Below, one piece after another: positions 19,444 through 31,229 of a stretch of DNA of 64,000 nucleotides. The DNA lies in NCBI GenBank assembly GCA_963796455.1, contig CAWCLO010000010.1, positions 160,001 through 224,000 of the forward strand, read 5' to 3'. Position 1 is the first letter of the stretch; each line of letters opens with the position of its first letter. The DNA is from Candidatus Sulfomarinibacteraceae bacterium. GTDB taxonomy: Bacteria; Acidobacteriota; Thermoanaerobaculia; Thermoanaerobaculales; Sulfomarinibacteraceae. The notes under the pieces are model-generated. The model was not told where the DNA came from, did no database searches, and saw nothing but the letters and a program-made list of their open reading frames with translations. Both the position numbers and the translations under genes were made by a program.

Positions 19444-22400
19444 TCAGGGACCTGAAGCCGTCCAGACCGTGACGTCACCCGACTCAAAACCGTCCCGAAG
19501 GATGATCGGACCCGCATGGAGTTGCTTGACGGAGCCAAAGACACCCTCGGTCGCCTGGTCCTGTGCCGCGCTCGCCCAGACCGACAGAAACGCCCCCGAG
19601 GCCGAACAGGCAACGCTCGGCCGGTACTGGGCGCCCTCGGTATAGGAGTTGAACGGGATCTCTCCCGAGGCCATGGTCCCGTCGTCTTCGAGCAGACGTC
19701 CGTAGATCCCGGAACCCGAACCGTCCTGGCCATAGCTCTCCCACAGGACCGCGGCACGTCCGTAGTAGCTCCGCACCTGCTGTGGGATTACGTTGGTTGC
19801 CATCGGTGAATGAATTGACGGTGAATTCGGAGCCCGTTGCTGCCCCGGAGCCGTTAAACCATCGGCCGCGCACGCTGTAACCCGAACCGTCCTGCCCGGT
19901 GGCGTCCTCCCAGACGACCAGGAAACCACCCCCACCGACCACCGCCACCGATGGTTTTTTCTGATCACCGACGATCACACTGTTGACGATGAGCTCTCCG
20001 CCGAGAGGCGCGCCTTGACTCGAATATCTGCGCACGATGACCGATTCAGAGTAACCGTCGTCCTGGCTGTAGCTCTCCCACACCACCACGAAGCCCCCGT
20101 CGGGCGAGCCATCGACATGGGGTGTGTCCTGGCTCTGCGGAGTCGTCGTGTTGACCGCGAATTCGTCACCCTCCGGTATTCCACCGGTATCGATCAAACG
20201 CGCGAAGACACCGGAACCCGAAACGTCGCTGCCCTGCCAAACGACCATGAATCGGCTGCTGGAATCGACCGCGATCTTTGGCGCGGACTGGCTTCCAGAT
20301 AGTGAGGAGTTGACCACGAACTCATCGGTCAAGGGCAAACCGGCAGCATCGAAGCGGCGGGCCATGATCTCGGTCCCGCCGGTGGCGGCAGCCTGCCACA
20401 CCACCACAAAGGACCCATCGAAGGCCACCGCAACCGAAGCCTTTTGTTGATCTTCATCGGTGGTCTGGTTGACCTGGAACTCGCCGCCCTGAAACGCGCC
20501 GATCCGTCGATTCGACGGCCATAGACTCCCAGACCCCAACCGTCCTGACCCTGACTCTCCCACACCACGACGCCGTGACCATTTGAGTTCTTCGCCGAAC
20601 GGGGAAAGGTCTGAGTACTCGCGGAGGTGGTGTTGATCTGGGTTTCCTGCCCTTCGTCGTCGTTGATTTTCAGGTGGCGCCGGATGGATCGCCCATCGAC
20701 ACGTTTCCGGTGGCGTTTGAAAGGCTGAGCAGCACGGTTTCGTTGCCCTCGACAAGGGAGTCGTCGAGAAGTGTAATGGTCACGATCTTATTCTCGCTTT
20801 CGCCATCCCCCCAGCTGAGGGTCTCCGATCTCTCCTCATAGTCTTCGCCCGGGGTGGCGCTACCCATAGCCGTGTTGTAATCGACCGACACCACGCCAGT
20901 GTCCCCAATCACCCGCATGACGGTAATTTCTGCGACTCCTTGATCTTCAACTTCCGAGAATTCGGCGTTGGAGTATCGGATCTGCGATGCGTCGTTGTCC
21001 GAAATGCTGAGCACCGCCGCATCTGGCGCCGTCAACGCCGCCGGCCCGGTGGGGTTGGAGAGCGTGATGTTGACGGTTTCGGTGATCTCCACATCCTGAT
21101 CATCGGTGATGGTGATCGAAAAGCTCTTGGGCTGAGTGTCTCCATCGCCCCAATCGAGGGTCCCCACCATGGTGTTGTAGTCCTGGCCTGCAACGGCTGT
21201 CCCGTTGCTGGTTTGGTAGTCCACCGACACCGCGCCCACCGAGGAGAGGGTGCGGTTGACGGGTGATAGTCGCGACGCCGTCCCGTCATTGACCATATAG
21301 CTCATGCTTGACAATGAAAGGTTGGCAATATCGTCGTCGGCGATGGTAACGGTGGCGGAGCTCGGGCTGCCGAGAATGGCAGCCGGCCCGGGGTTGGAGA
21401 GCTCGACGGCGAACGACTCGAAACCCTCGGTGAGATCGTCGTCCGCTATCGGAATTACAATGCTCTTCGGCGCCAGTGTCGCCGGTGGTCCAGCTTCGAG
21501 AGTGACATTCGACACGGAGGTGAAGTCAAGGCCACCAACGGCAGTATCGTCCACCGTCGAATATTCAACCAACACCGGAAAATCGGATCCACCTGAGCGG
21601 GTCACCGTCAGCTGTACCTGGGCGGCATCCTCATCGACACTGACGAAGGCTGAAGCAAAACGGAGATACGAGACATCGTCGTCGATGATGGTCACAGTTG
21701 CCGCTGAAGGGCTTCCGATGATGCCCCCGGATACACCGGAGAGAACGAAGCTGAACTCCTCGTCACCCTCCATGTTCTAGTCGTTGGTAATTGGAATCTC
21801 GACAATTTGATCTAAACTGAAACCGCTGCTCCAACTGAGGACATCGGCCACGCCGACATAGTCAACTCCCTCAGCGGACTACCGCCTGAAGTTGAGGATC
21901 TTCAACCATTTCTCCTTCGCTCGATCCAGTCCGCTGAACCGTCATTGACAAAGTCCCTGCATCTTCATCCACGGTTGCGGCGGAAACCGCCAGCCGCGTA
22001 ATTGGAGGATCTCGACCCCACCGAACCTGAATGCACTGTGGTCCGATCCAACCAGCATTCCGACACGCTCGTAACCGACGATCGGCCAGCTTATAGAGAC
22101 CATTTTCGATCCCAACCGTCTCGCCAAGCGGTTGGCTCTGCCGAGAATCATTCCTTCCTGATCAAAGTCAAATCCACGCAAAACATGATCGCTGCCGAAG
22201 ACGATGATCGGATCGTTATTGAGATCAAAATAGCTGGATACGCTTTCGATCTCCTCGTCACTAACCGTAAATCTGTCGACTACCTTCCACGCTCCAGCGC
22301 CCTGGTCGATGATGACCAGCTCTCCCTGTCGTTTCCAACCACAATCTGCCGAGGACCAGTGCCGCCGAGATTGACGACATCCACCGCTGTTACCTCACCG

Positions 22401-24162
22401 GGTGTGGTCAGCCAGTGATCGTGGGTGATTCCATCGAATACATGCAGACTCTGATTCACCGCGACGATCTCAAGCGCTGGGTCGCTGTAGAGCTGGGCCG
22501 TCAGCACTTCGTCGATCCGGATGAAGGCCGTATCAAGTCATTATTGTCCCACTCAAGGACACCAGGAAGCCCCGTCCAAAACACACAAAAAGCCACCGCC
22601 AAGTGCGACGATTTCGGTATTGGCATCGTTGTCGATGTCATCGACCGACAACGACCTCACGAGTCCGTTACCGGTGACGTAGAGATACGACGCCTCCAGC
22701 TGATGGCTGGTCCCATTCGAAACATGTGAACGTCCCTCCCAAACGCAATGATTATTTCGGTGCTGTTGTCATCATCAACGTCGGCGAATTCGATATCACT
22801 AGATCCTTGAGTAGACAGCACTAGGAAAGGTCTCAGCGTCAGATTTCCATTCGAGTTGATGAAACCTCGCATCAAAAACAAACACGATGCCCATGTAGTC
22901 GTACCCACTGTAGAGAGAAGCGAACGCAACCTCGAAATCCCCATCGTCGTCGGCGTCGCCATATTCCATCCCTGTGAATCAACCAACATATGTCCCGCTT
23001 CTCCATTCGAGTAGCGGATCAGATACCTCGTGTATGAACAATACGTGAGGGCCCGTCGATGTCGCTCCGGAACCCCAAAAGACCTCCAGCCGGCCATCTA
23101 GATCAAGATCGAAGACTCCAACATCGGTTGTTCCATGCTCCGGGTTGTCGATGGACCATAGGGCCGCCTGAGTCTGGGCGTCGTAGCAGTAAATGTCGCC
23201 CCATTGATTGTTGCCCGCGATGATTTCCGGCACACCATCACCGGTCACATCCGTAACCATCATCGAGTCCAGGGCATCGTCATCAATATTCCAATTGGCG
23301 CTTTCCACTCCAGTAGTCGAACGCAAACACCCCGGAATAACCTCCAATGAAAATCTCCATAGCAGGGTCAGCATCCACGTTTCCGAGATCCACCAAAAAG
23401 CCGGGGAACCTCCCAATCTGGTCCACAGGAGGTCTGCAGTGTCTTGGCTGACAAATCGAATTACCCGGCCATCAAGTAGACGATCTCGTTTCCGCTTAGT
23501 TGATCCACGTTCCCAACCTCGGCATCCGAGGCACCGAATTGAAGCGTGTTTTCGAGCTGGCGACTTCGATCGCTCAACCAGTTGAGTCACCGTTTCCCCA
23601 ACCACGACGATCTCCGGGTGGTTGTCGTTGTCAGCGTCTGAAAGAAGAATCCGTGTGATGTGGTTGTCCCCAGCCGTTTCAGACTCTCGATCAATTGAAG
23701 GGACTCGCCGTCGTACACACGGACTCCCCCACCTTGCAAAACACGACCATGACTTCCCAAACCTCGTCACCGTCAGAGTCGAAGGCCGCTAGTGTTTCAA
23801 ATCCGTCCGCTATGAATTCGCTGACATCGGAGATGAAATAATCTTGGCTGCTCGGCCGATTCTCCAGCACGACAAAAACTCTGTTGTCACCTCCGGAATA
23901 GTTCGGTGTGTTGCCAACCACGAGTTCTGGAGTTCCGTCGTCAATGTCACCGTAGGCAAAACCGGAACGGCCGATCTGGTTCGTGAACGAACCAAAGCCC
24001 ACCTATTGTCTACCGGGGGAACCGGAGCAGCCTTTTCTGCAATGACCACTCGGGGAACCAGGTCCATATGATCTTGAAGAAGAGGCTGGTTCCATTGCCT
24101 TCTACACTTAAAGCACCTAGGCCCAAAACAAGAGCTAAACCGAGGAACAAGCATCGAGGCAT
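19444..24162 (-). CDS. Large secreted protein: FG-GAP/VCBS-like repeats, Calx-beta repeats, VVVW-repeat domain and DGFES tail; many frameshifts (assembly error or pseudogene)
   Basis: Fragments show DLDLDGRLEV, DVTGDGVPEI, DADNDNHPEI, several Calx-beta units and the terminus IILRDGFESGDVTVWTASGP. Signal peptide MPRCLFLGLALVLGLG starts at ATG 24162. Confidence 0.75.
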
Positions 24163-24164
24163 GA

Positions 24165-24322
24165 CAGGGTCCTCCACCCTTCTATTTTAGATGAGATAGA
24201 TGCTGTATCCGCTTGTTTTTTCATGTTTTATGAGACATCGTCTCAGAGATTTGTGTTAAATCTTTGCAAATTTGACAAATATCTTAATTTGCCTTGTCAT
24301 ATTTGCACCCAAGATCCCGAGC
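24165..24322 (-). promoter_or_regulatory. Conserved upstream region, copy 2, with palindrome TGAGACATCGTCTCA and box TTTGCAAATTTGACAAA
   Basis: Palindrome at 24231-24245, box at 24263-24279; paralogous to 19195-19350. Confidence 0.7.
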
Positions 24323-24344
24323 GCCGGCTCCTCTGCCCCTCCGC

Positions 24345-26317
24345 CTATTCAAAGGCCGGCGGTTTGGCTCCCGCGACGGGGCGAATCGAGGTGATCGTGT
24401 CCCCGACCCGGAGTTGGGTCAGCACAGACCGTCCCTCCACCACCTCGCCGATGTTGGTGTAGTGGCCGGTCAGGTGATCGGCCGGCAGCAGGGTGAAGAA
24501 GAGCTGGCAGCCGCCGGTCTGGGGACCGGAGGTGGCGATGCCCACCCGCCACGAGTCAAAGGGCTTGAGCGACGCTTCATCGGGCAGGGCGAAACCGGGG
24601 CCGCCCCAGCCGTCGCCGCGCGGGTCGCCGCCCTGGACGACAAAGTTCGGGACCACGCGGTGGAAATCGAGCCCGTCGTAAAAGCCATCCTCGGCGAGAT
24701 CGGAGATCTCTCGACTTGTGAGCGGTGCCGCGGCCAGATCGAGTTTGATTCTGAAATTCCCGCGGTCGGTTGCAACATCGAGCCAACGCGGCTCGTTCAT
24801 CCACTCGACCAGTTCCTCGTACCAACGACTGCCGTGGCGGGCTTCACGGGCCGGCAGGGCGACCTCGATATCCAAACCGCGAGCCCCATTGACGAACAGG
24901 GCCACAGCCGCAGGATCGGAGTCACTCATGCCGATCATCTGTAGTTGGACACGGCGACCTTCCTCATCCTCGGTCGCCAAAGCGGTCACGAGAGCCTCGA
25001 CTCGAGCATCCGGCATCAGATCCTTTTTCCAGTGAGGTGTGAAGCTCGATCAGCCTTTCGGTGCCCGGGGCCGCATCTGCAGCCCGGAGGAGGCTGAGGA
25101 TCTGTGCGCGAACAGCCGAATCCGGGATCCACCGAAAGCAAGTCGAGGAGCTGCTTTGTGCGTTGGGACGTTTTTTCTTCATCGAGTGCGCCCAGCCAAG
25201 CCAGGCGAACACCGGCGTCTGCGGCCGAGGCCGCCGCTTTTTCGAACTCGGCGCCAAGATCGGCCGCTGCCCGGGCCACCGCCCGTTGCCGCCAGATTTG
25301 ATCCGACGCGGACCACTCCGCAGCGAGCTTTTTGGCGGTCTCGCGATTACGGACTGCAAGCACCGCAAGGGCCTCAGCGGCCAACCAGGGATCATCTCCA
25401 TTGACCACGGCCTGGACATCGCTGAGCTTTCCGATCTTCTGATGCTTTTTCGCCGCCGCCAGCGCAGCAGCTGCCACGTGGGGTTCTTTTGCTGAGAAAT
25501 CGGCAACGATATTCCCTCCGGCTGCGGACGACAACTCGACGTCTTCGTGGGCCGCCAGAGCGCCGTAGGCCGCCGCACGAACCCGCCAGTCGGCATCGTC
25601 GATGGCCTTGGTGAGAACCGTCATATCCGAGGCCGTGAGCGATCCACGTGCCAGGCCGCGTAAAACGGTGGCGCGAATCACGGGTTCTGCATCCCCCGCC
25701 ATGGTCCTCTGAGACGCCCGTGCCGCCGGCGCGCCGCTTCTTGACAGCGAGTACGCGGCAGCCCGTCGGAGATAGGCATCCTTGTGTTCGGCGTAGGGAG
25801 TCACCAATGGGATCCAGGCGGCATCCTCGAGGCGCCACAAATTGGCGAGCAGCGTCTCGAGCACCGCAACATCGCGTTCCTTCGAAATGGCCTGCGACAG
25901 AGCTTTGAATGCGTCGGGCCCGCCGTGGCACAGGGCCCACACCGCCGCCTGGCGGACAAAGGTCGAGCGATCGGTAACTCCCTGCAGCGCGACGTTGAGC
26001 CCGGCCGGTCCGAGCCGCCCAGCCGCAAGCATGGCCCTGTGGCGAACCCTTTCGTCGCTGTCTGAAGCATAGAGTTGGATCAGCCGCAATTTCTCCGGAT
26101 CCGGGTTCGACGCCAGGACTCCCGCCGCCTGCATCCGCACATTTGGATAGGGGTCTTTGAGCATGGCGACAGCGATCGAAAGATCGAGCGACCAGGTGTC
26201 AAGAGCCCGGAAGAGATAGACCTTCCTGGTGTCGATGCCACCCGGAGTCTGGGCACCGAGGGCAATGGAGAGGAAGATCAAAATCACCGATGTCGACGCA
26301 ATCCGTTTCATGATCAC
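24345..26317 (-). CDS. Exported HEAT-repeat protein fused to a C-terminal cyclophilin-type PPIase; frameshift at ~25130
   Basis: Signal peptide, repeated VR..AA.AL HEAT units, GFYDGLDFHRVVPNFVVQGGDP. Confidence 0.85.
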
Positions 26318-27069
26318 GCTCCATAAAGCAGACGGTCACCGAGTACCGGGGGCAACCCAACACTCAAGATGCGGCGCCGGGCCACCGAGGCTCGGTAGGA
26401 AACCCGGTAGAGATAGAGCCGCCGTTGGTCGGTATCGAGGATCGCGTAGGAGGACCGGGGATCCCGGTCGCGGGGTTGACCGACCGAGCCGGGATTGATC
26501 AGGTAGCGGTGTTGGGGCTCGAGGTCGAGCACCAATCTCCGACCCGACAACAATCGAACTTTGAGGGTTTGTGTGCCGTTTTCTTCGCGCAGCATGAAGA
26601 GCGACGGGACGTGGGTATGGCCGAAAAAGATGATGTGGTGCGGAAGGCCGGCAAAGGCCGTCTGGGCGTCATAGGCCGAAAAGACATAGGCGTCTTCATC
26701 AACACTCGAACCGTGGCAGATTGCGACCCCTTCGGTCAGATCGGCGGGCCCTTCGGGGAAGGACTTGAGATACTCGAGGTTGCGATCTTCCAGGTGCTCG
26801 AGGGTCCACTCGGCTGCCTGACGCGCATAGCGGTTGAAGTAGTCGGCGCTGTCGATGCCCGAACAGACTCGATCGTGATTGCCCCGAACGTGCACCAGAT
26901 CCTTGCCGAGAGAACGCATCCAGTCCAGGACCCGATTTGGCGAAGCGCCGTAACCGACCGCATCACCGAGAAAGGCGACACGGTCGAATCTCTTTCTCCG
27001 AACATGGGCCCTGACCGCCTGAAGCGCCTCCCAGTTGGAGTGAATATCGCTCAGGATCAGATAGCGCAC
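26314..27069 (-). CDS. Calcineurin-like metallophosphoesterase
   Basis: SDIHSN, LGDAVGYG, RGNHD, HGS, GHTH, NPGSVGQPRD. Confidence 0.93.
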   Translation of the reverse strand: MRYLILSDIHSNWEALQAVRAHVRRKRFDRVAFLGDAVGYGASPNRVLDWMRSLGKDLVHVRGNHDRVCSGIDSADYFNRYARQAAEWTLEHLEDRNLEYLKSFPEGPADLTEGVAICHGSSVDEDAYVFSAYDAQTAFAGLPHHIIFFGHTHVPSLFMLREENGTQTLKVRLLSGRRLVLDLEPQHRYLINPGSVGQPRDRDPRSSYAILDTDQRRLYLYRVSYRASVARRRILSVGLPPVLGDRLLYGA

Positions 27070-27575
27070 GGCGCCTCCTGAACGGCTTCCACGACGGATT
27101 CGACCACCGCATCCAGTGCTTCCCCACCGTGAAGCGACACTCGAATCGAGGCCTGTCGATAACTCGGCAACCTCGATTCGAACAGCTCTTTTGCCTGGTC
27201 GGCACTGATGAATAGCGGTCGTTCTTCACTCTCGCGCAGCAGGCGTTCGTGGAGAGTTTTCCACGGCAGGTCGAGGTAGACCGAGACGCCGCCCGCCGAA
27301 CGGATGATCTCGCGATTATGCTCGCTGCAGAATGCTCCACCGCCGGTTGCAACCACGACGTCTTCGAGGCCGGCAATACACGCTAGTTCTTTACTCTCGG
27401 CGGTACGAAACTCGGTCTCTCCCTGTTGTTGAAAGACCTCTGCGATCGTTGATCCAAAGCCGTCGCAGAGGCGTTGGTCGAGATCGATAAAGCCACGGCC
27501 GAGACGGTTCGCCAACTCCCGGCCAACCGAGCTCTTACCCGCTCCCATGAATCCAACCAGGAAGATACCGCGCAT
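27057..27575 (-). CDS. aroK: Shikimate kinase
   Basis: GFMGAGKS, DLD, GETEFR, ATGGG, RPL. Confidence 0.95.
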   Translation of the reverse strand: MRGIFLVGFMGAGKSSVGRELANRLGRGFIDLDQRLCDGFGSTIAEVFQQQGETEFRTAESKELACIAGLEDVVVATGGGAFCSEHNREIIRSAGGVSVYLDLPWKTLHERLLRESEERPLFISADQAKELFESRLPSYRQASIRVSLHGGEALDAVVESVVEAVQEAPCAI

Positions 27576-27722
27576 CGTAAACAATTGTATCACCGAGGAT
27601 TTGGGTGCTTCATGGTGCGAAGCACCCTTTTTCCTGTCTCGGGTTTTCGTCCCCCGACCGTGCCGTTCTATTGAGTGCTTTTCGCGAAAACCCGAGACAG
27701 AAAAAATGAACCGAGATCGACG

Positions 27723-29064
27723 CTACGCCAGAAAACGTTCCATGAAATGGGTATCGACACGCCCCGACTGAAATTCCTCGTTGTCGAGGATGCGCAGGTG
27801 GAGTGCCGCCGAGGTCTTGACGCCCTCGATCTGCATCATCTCCAGGGCACGGCGACCACGCACCATCGCCTCGTCCCGGTCACGGCCGTGCACCAGGAGC
27901 TTGGCGATCAGGCTGTCGTAATATGGCGGCACCATATAGCCCGCATAGATATGGGTATCGAGTCGCACCCCTGGCCCACCCGGAAGCACGAGTTTTGTGA
28001 TCCGTCCAGGCGAGGGGGCAAAGGTCTCAGGGTCTTCCGCATTGATCCGAAACTCGATGGCATGGCCGTCTGGGCGAATTTTTTTCCTCTTCGGGATCGT
28101 CATCTGTTCACCGGCGGCGATCCGCAACTGCTCCTTGACGATGTCGACGCCGGTGACGAGTTCGGTCACCGGATGCTCGACCTGCACGCGGGTATTCATC
28201 TCCATGAAGGTGAAGCTGCCGTCCTCTGCAAGCAGAAACTCGATCGTACCGGCGTTCTGATATTTCGCGGCACGGGTGGCCGCAATCGCCGCCTTGCCCA
28301 TCTCGGCTCGAAGATCGTCGTCGATCGCGACGGATGGTGATTCCTCGATGATCTTCTGGTGTCGGCGTTGGATCGAGCACTCACGCTCGCCGAGATGAAT
28401 GATCCGACCGTGCGAATCTGCCAGGACCTGAAACTCGATGTGGCGGGGATTGACGAGATACTTTTCGAGATACAGCGTGGGGTCACCAAAGGCCCTTTCG
28501 GCCTCGTGCCAGGCCGTGTCATAGGCATTCTGAAGCTCGTCCCGGTTCCAAGCCAGACGCATGCCTCGCCCGCCGCCGCCGGCCGAGGCCTTGAGGATGA
28601 CCGGATAACCAATACTTTTCTGCCAGCTCGAGCGCTTCGCCGCTCGCTTTGAGGGGGCCATCCGACCCCGGAAGGATCGGGACCTCTGCTGCCGCCATGG
28701 TCTCGCGGGCCTTAGATTTATTGCCCATGAGGCGAATAGCCTCGGGAGAAGGACCGATGAATGTCAGACCGCATTCACCGACGATTTGGGCGAAATGGGC
28801 ATTTTCGGCCAAGAACCCATATCCCGGGTGAATTGCTTCCACGCGAGTGATCCGGGCAGCGGACATGACCGAAGTGACGTTGAGATAGGAACCGGCGGAA
28901 TCGGAAGGACCGATACAGACGGCCTCGTCCGCCAATTGAACGTGCAGACACTCGCGGTCGGCTTCCGAATGGATAGCGACCGTTCCAACTCCGAGTTCGC
29001 GGCAGGCGGCGATGATCCGCACCGCGATTTCCCCGCGGTTGGCGATCAGGATCTTGGAGAACAT
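27723..29064 (-). CDS. accC: Acetyl-CoA carboxylase biotin carboxylase; one frameshift at the A-run near 28618
   Basis: [54 protein letters not shown]. Confidence 0.95.
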
Positions 29065-29088
29065 TTCAGCGCAGTCCTCTTGCCTGGA

Positions 29089-29568
29089 TCACGGGCGAAC
29101 CAGGAACAACTGTTCGCCAAACTCCACCGGTTGCGCATTTTCGGGCAGGACCTTGACGACGGTCCCGGAAATATCGCTCTCGATTTCGTTCATCAATTTC
29201 ATCGCCTCGACGATACAGAGCGTTTGGCCCTTCTCCACATAGTCGCCGACTTTGGCATATGGATCGGCATCTGGGTTTGGAGCGCGATAGAAGGTTCCTA
29301 CGATCGGCGAAGTGATGGCGTGAAGGTCGTCCTCCTCCGGGGCTGCGGTTGCCGCCGGCGAATCTGCATCCACTGCTGCGACCAGGGCGGACTCCGCCGG
29401 CGCCGCGGCGCTGGCCGGAATCGGCGCAGCGACCGCCTGCGCAACCACCATTTGCGATTTGCCTTCGATACGAACCCGCGAGCCCGCGTGTTCGACCTCG
29501 ACACTCGCGACACCGCTCGAACCGATCAATTCGATCAGCTGACAAATTTCCTCGAACTTGAACATCAA
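29089..29568 (-). CDS. accB: Biotin carboxyl carrier protein
   Basis: [17 protein letters not shown] biotinylation motif, Ala/Pro linker. Confidence 0.97.
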   Translation of the reverse strand: MMFKFEEICQLIELIGSSGVASVEVEHAGSRVRIEGKSQMVVAQAVAAPIPASAAAPAESALVAAVDADSPAATAAPEEDDLHAITSPIVGTFYRAPNPDADPYAKVGDYVEKGQTLCIVEAMKLMNEIESDISGTVVKVLPENAQPVEFGEQLFLVRP

Positions 29569-29577
29569 GGTTTCACC

Positions 29578-29931
29578 TCAGATAAATTCGGAGTAGAGGC
29601 GCGTGCGGGTGAGTCGGCTCAAAAAACGGCCCTTTCCTGTCAGCCCGTCCCGCGCCAACACCAGGACCAGAAAATACCCGGCAGCAATGGTGGTCAGAAT
29701 AATGACCGCATCTTCTGCAAACACCGAGCATTGTTCCAGACGCCCGTGCCGGAATTCTCTCGACGCCTCAACAAGATCGCGAAGGATCGCGGCCAATTCC
29801 GCGCCGATGGTTTCCAGCGAACCATCGCGCGGTGTCACCACCACCGGAATGCCGTCGGGGTCGACGATGGCAGCGCCGCGAGCCCCCGGACAATTCTCGA
29901 TGAGGTTGTGCATCGACTCGTCGAAATTCAC
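29578..29931 (-). CDS. Roadblock/LC7 (MglB/MglC-like) protein
   Basis: GARGAAIVDPDGIPV...YFLVLVL...GKGRF pattern; 117 aa. Confidence 0.8.
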   Translation of the reverse strand: MNFDESMHNLIENCPGARGAAIVDPDGIPVVVTPRDGSLETIGAELAAILRDLVEASREFRHGRLEQCSVFAEDAVIILTTIAAGYFLVLVLARDGLTGKGRFLSRLTRTRLYSEFI

Positions 29932-31185
29932 GATTCCAGCTTCTCCGCGGCCAGTCTAACCGCCTCGAGCCAGCGCTGCAACGCTCGGGTCCTCTCGTCG
30001 GCGCCGGCCGGGTCGTCTCCAGAGCCCGTATCGGCTCCGTTTCGGGCGGCAAAGGTGTCGAGTAATGCCATGGCCTCCGCCTGGCCGGGGTCACGCTCGA
30101 GCACAGCTCGTGCTGTCCTCTCGGCCAGGGCAAAATCGCCCTGCTCCATCGCGAGCCGCGCGAGGGTCAGGGTCGGCATGGGCACATCGTCTGCTATTTC
30201 GGCCCTGTTTTCGCCGACTGGGGCTTGCATCGCGTCCTCGTCTTCGACTGCGGCCTGCGCCTCGAGCTCGAAGACCGGCACGGGTTCGACTTCGAGAAGG
30301 GTTCGATTCGAGCACGGTTCATCCAGAATCTCGGGCTCCGGAATCACTTCTTGAACCGCCGGAGGGGGCACATCACCCGCAGTTTCTTGCAGGATTTCGA
30401 CCTCTGAAGGCTCACTTTGTAGCTCCTCGACCTCCATCGAACCGGTGTCGAATGACCGCGTCTTCAGAAGAATCGTCGGAGACGATTTCAAAATCCGTCT
30501 CTTCGCTCAGAATGAGCGGTTCTTCACCCTCCGCCTCGATTTCATCCACAGATTCCGGGGTTTCGGCGAAAACCTCGGGCTCCTCAATCACGACCTCGTC
30601 TGCGGCAGAACCCGGTTCATCCCATGTCGTTTCGAAAACATCATTTGCGTTCTCTTCCGGGCCAGCGCCACCGGCTTCATCGACGACAAAGATTTCTTCG
30701 GCCTCGGGGTCCTCGGCCGGAACATGAGCGGGCGTCGCCTCAACCGAAGTGTCGGGTGCTTTGACCTCGAGCATCCCGAGTTCGTCCAGCCGCTCTTCGA
30801 CAAATACAATTCGTTCATCGAGGGCATCGTCCTGCGGCATGATCCCTCGCGCTCGCTTGAGGTTCTTCACCGCCTCGATCCAATCGCCGTTGGCGATCGC
30901 CGCCTCGCCGGCAGACCTCGCTGCGACTCCGTTTTCCGGGTCGAGCTCGAGAGCCTTGGAAAAGGCCACCACAGCGTCCGCTGCATCACCCTTGTCATGC
31001 AGCGCCCGCCCCAGGCTGACCCAGGCAGCAACGTAGCGGGGATGCTGGCTCAGGCCATTGCGGAGAACCTCGATGGCCTCGTCGATCTCACCCTCACGGC
31101 GGAGATGCTCACCGAGCTTGAAGAAGATCCGGGAGGTTGGGTCCTCCCGGAGTTCGAATCGCAGCTGCTCGAGACGATAGTCCAC
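29928..31185 (-). CDS. TPR protein with a long acidic linker; frameshift at ~30455
   Basis: N-terminal DPTSRIFFKLGEHLRREG TPRs and C-terminal TLTLARLAMEQG...LQRWL module in overlapping ORFs. Confidence 0.8.
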
Positions 31186-31191
31186 GGTTTT

Positions 31192-31226
31192 AAAAAAAGC
31201 CGCCACCCGTTACAGGTGGCGGCTAT
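31192..31226 (-). terminator. Rho-independent terminator
   Basis: AGCCGCCACC-loop-GGTGGCGGCT followed by a T run on the minus strand, just after the stop at 31230. Confidence 0.85.
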
Positions 31227-31229
31227 TCA

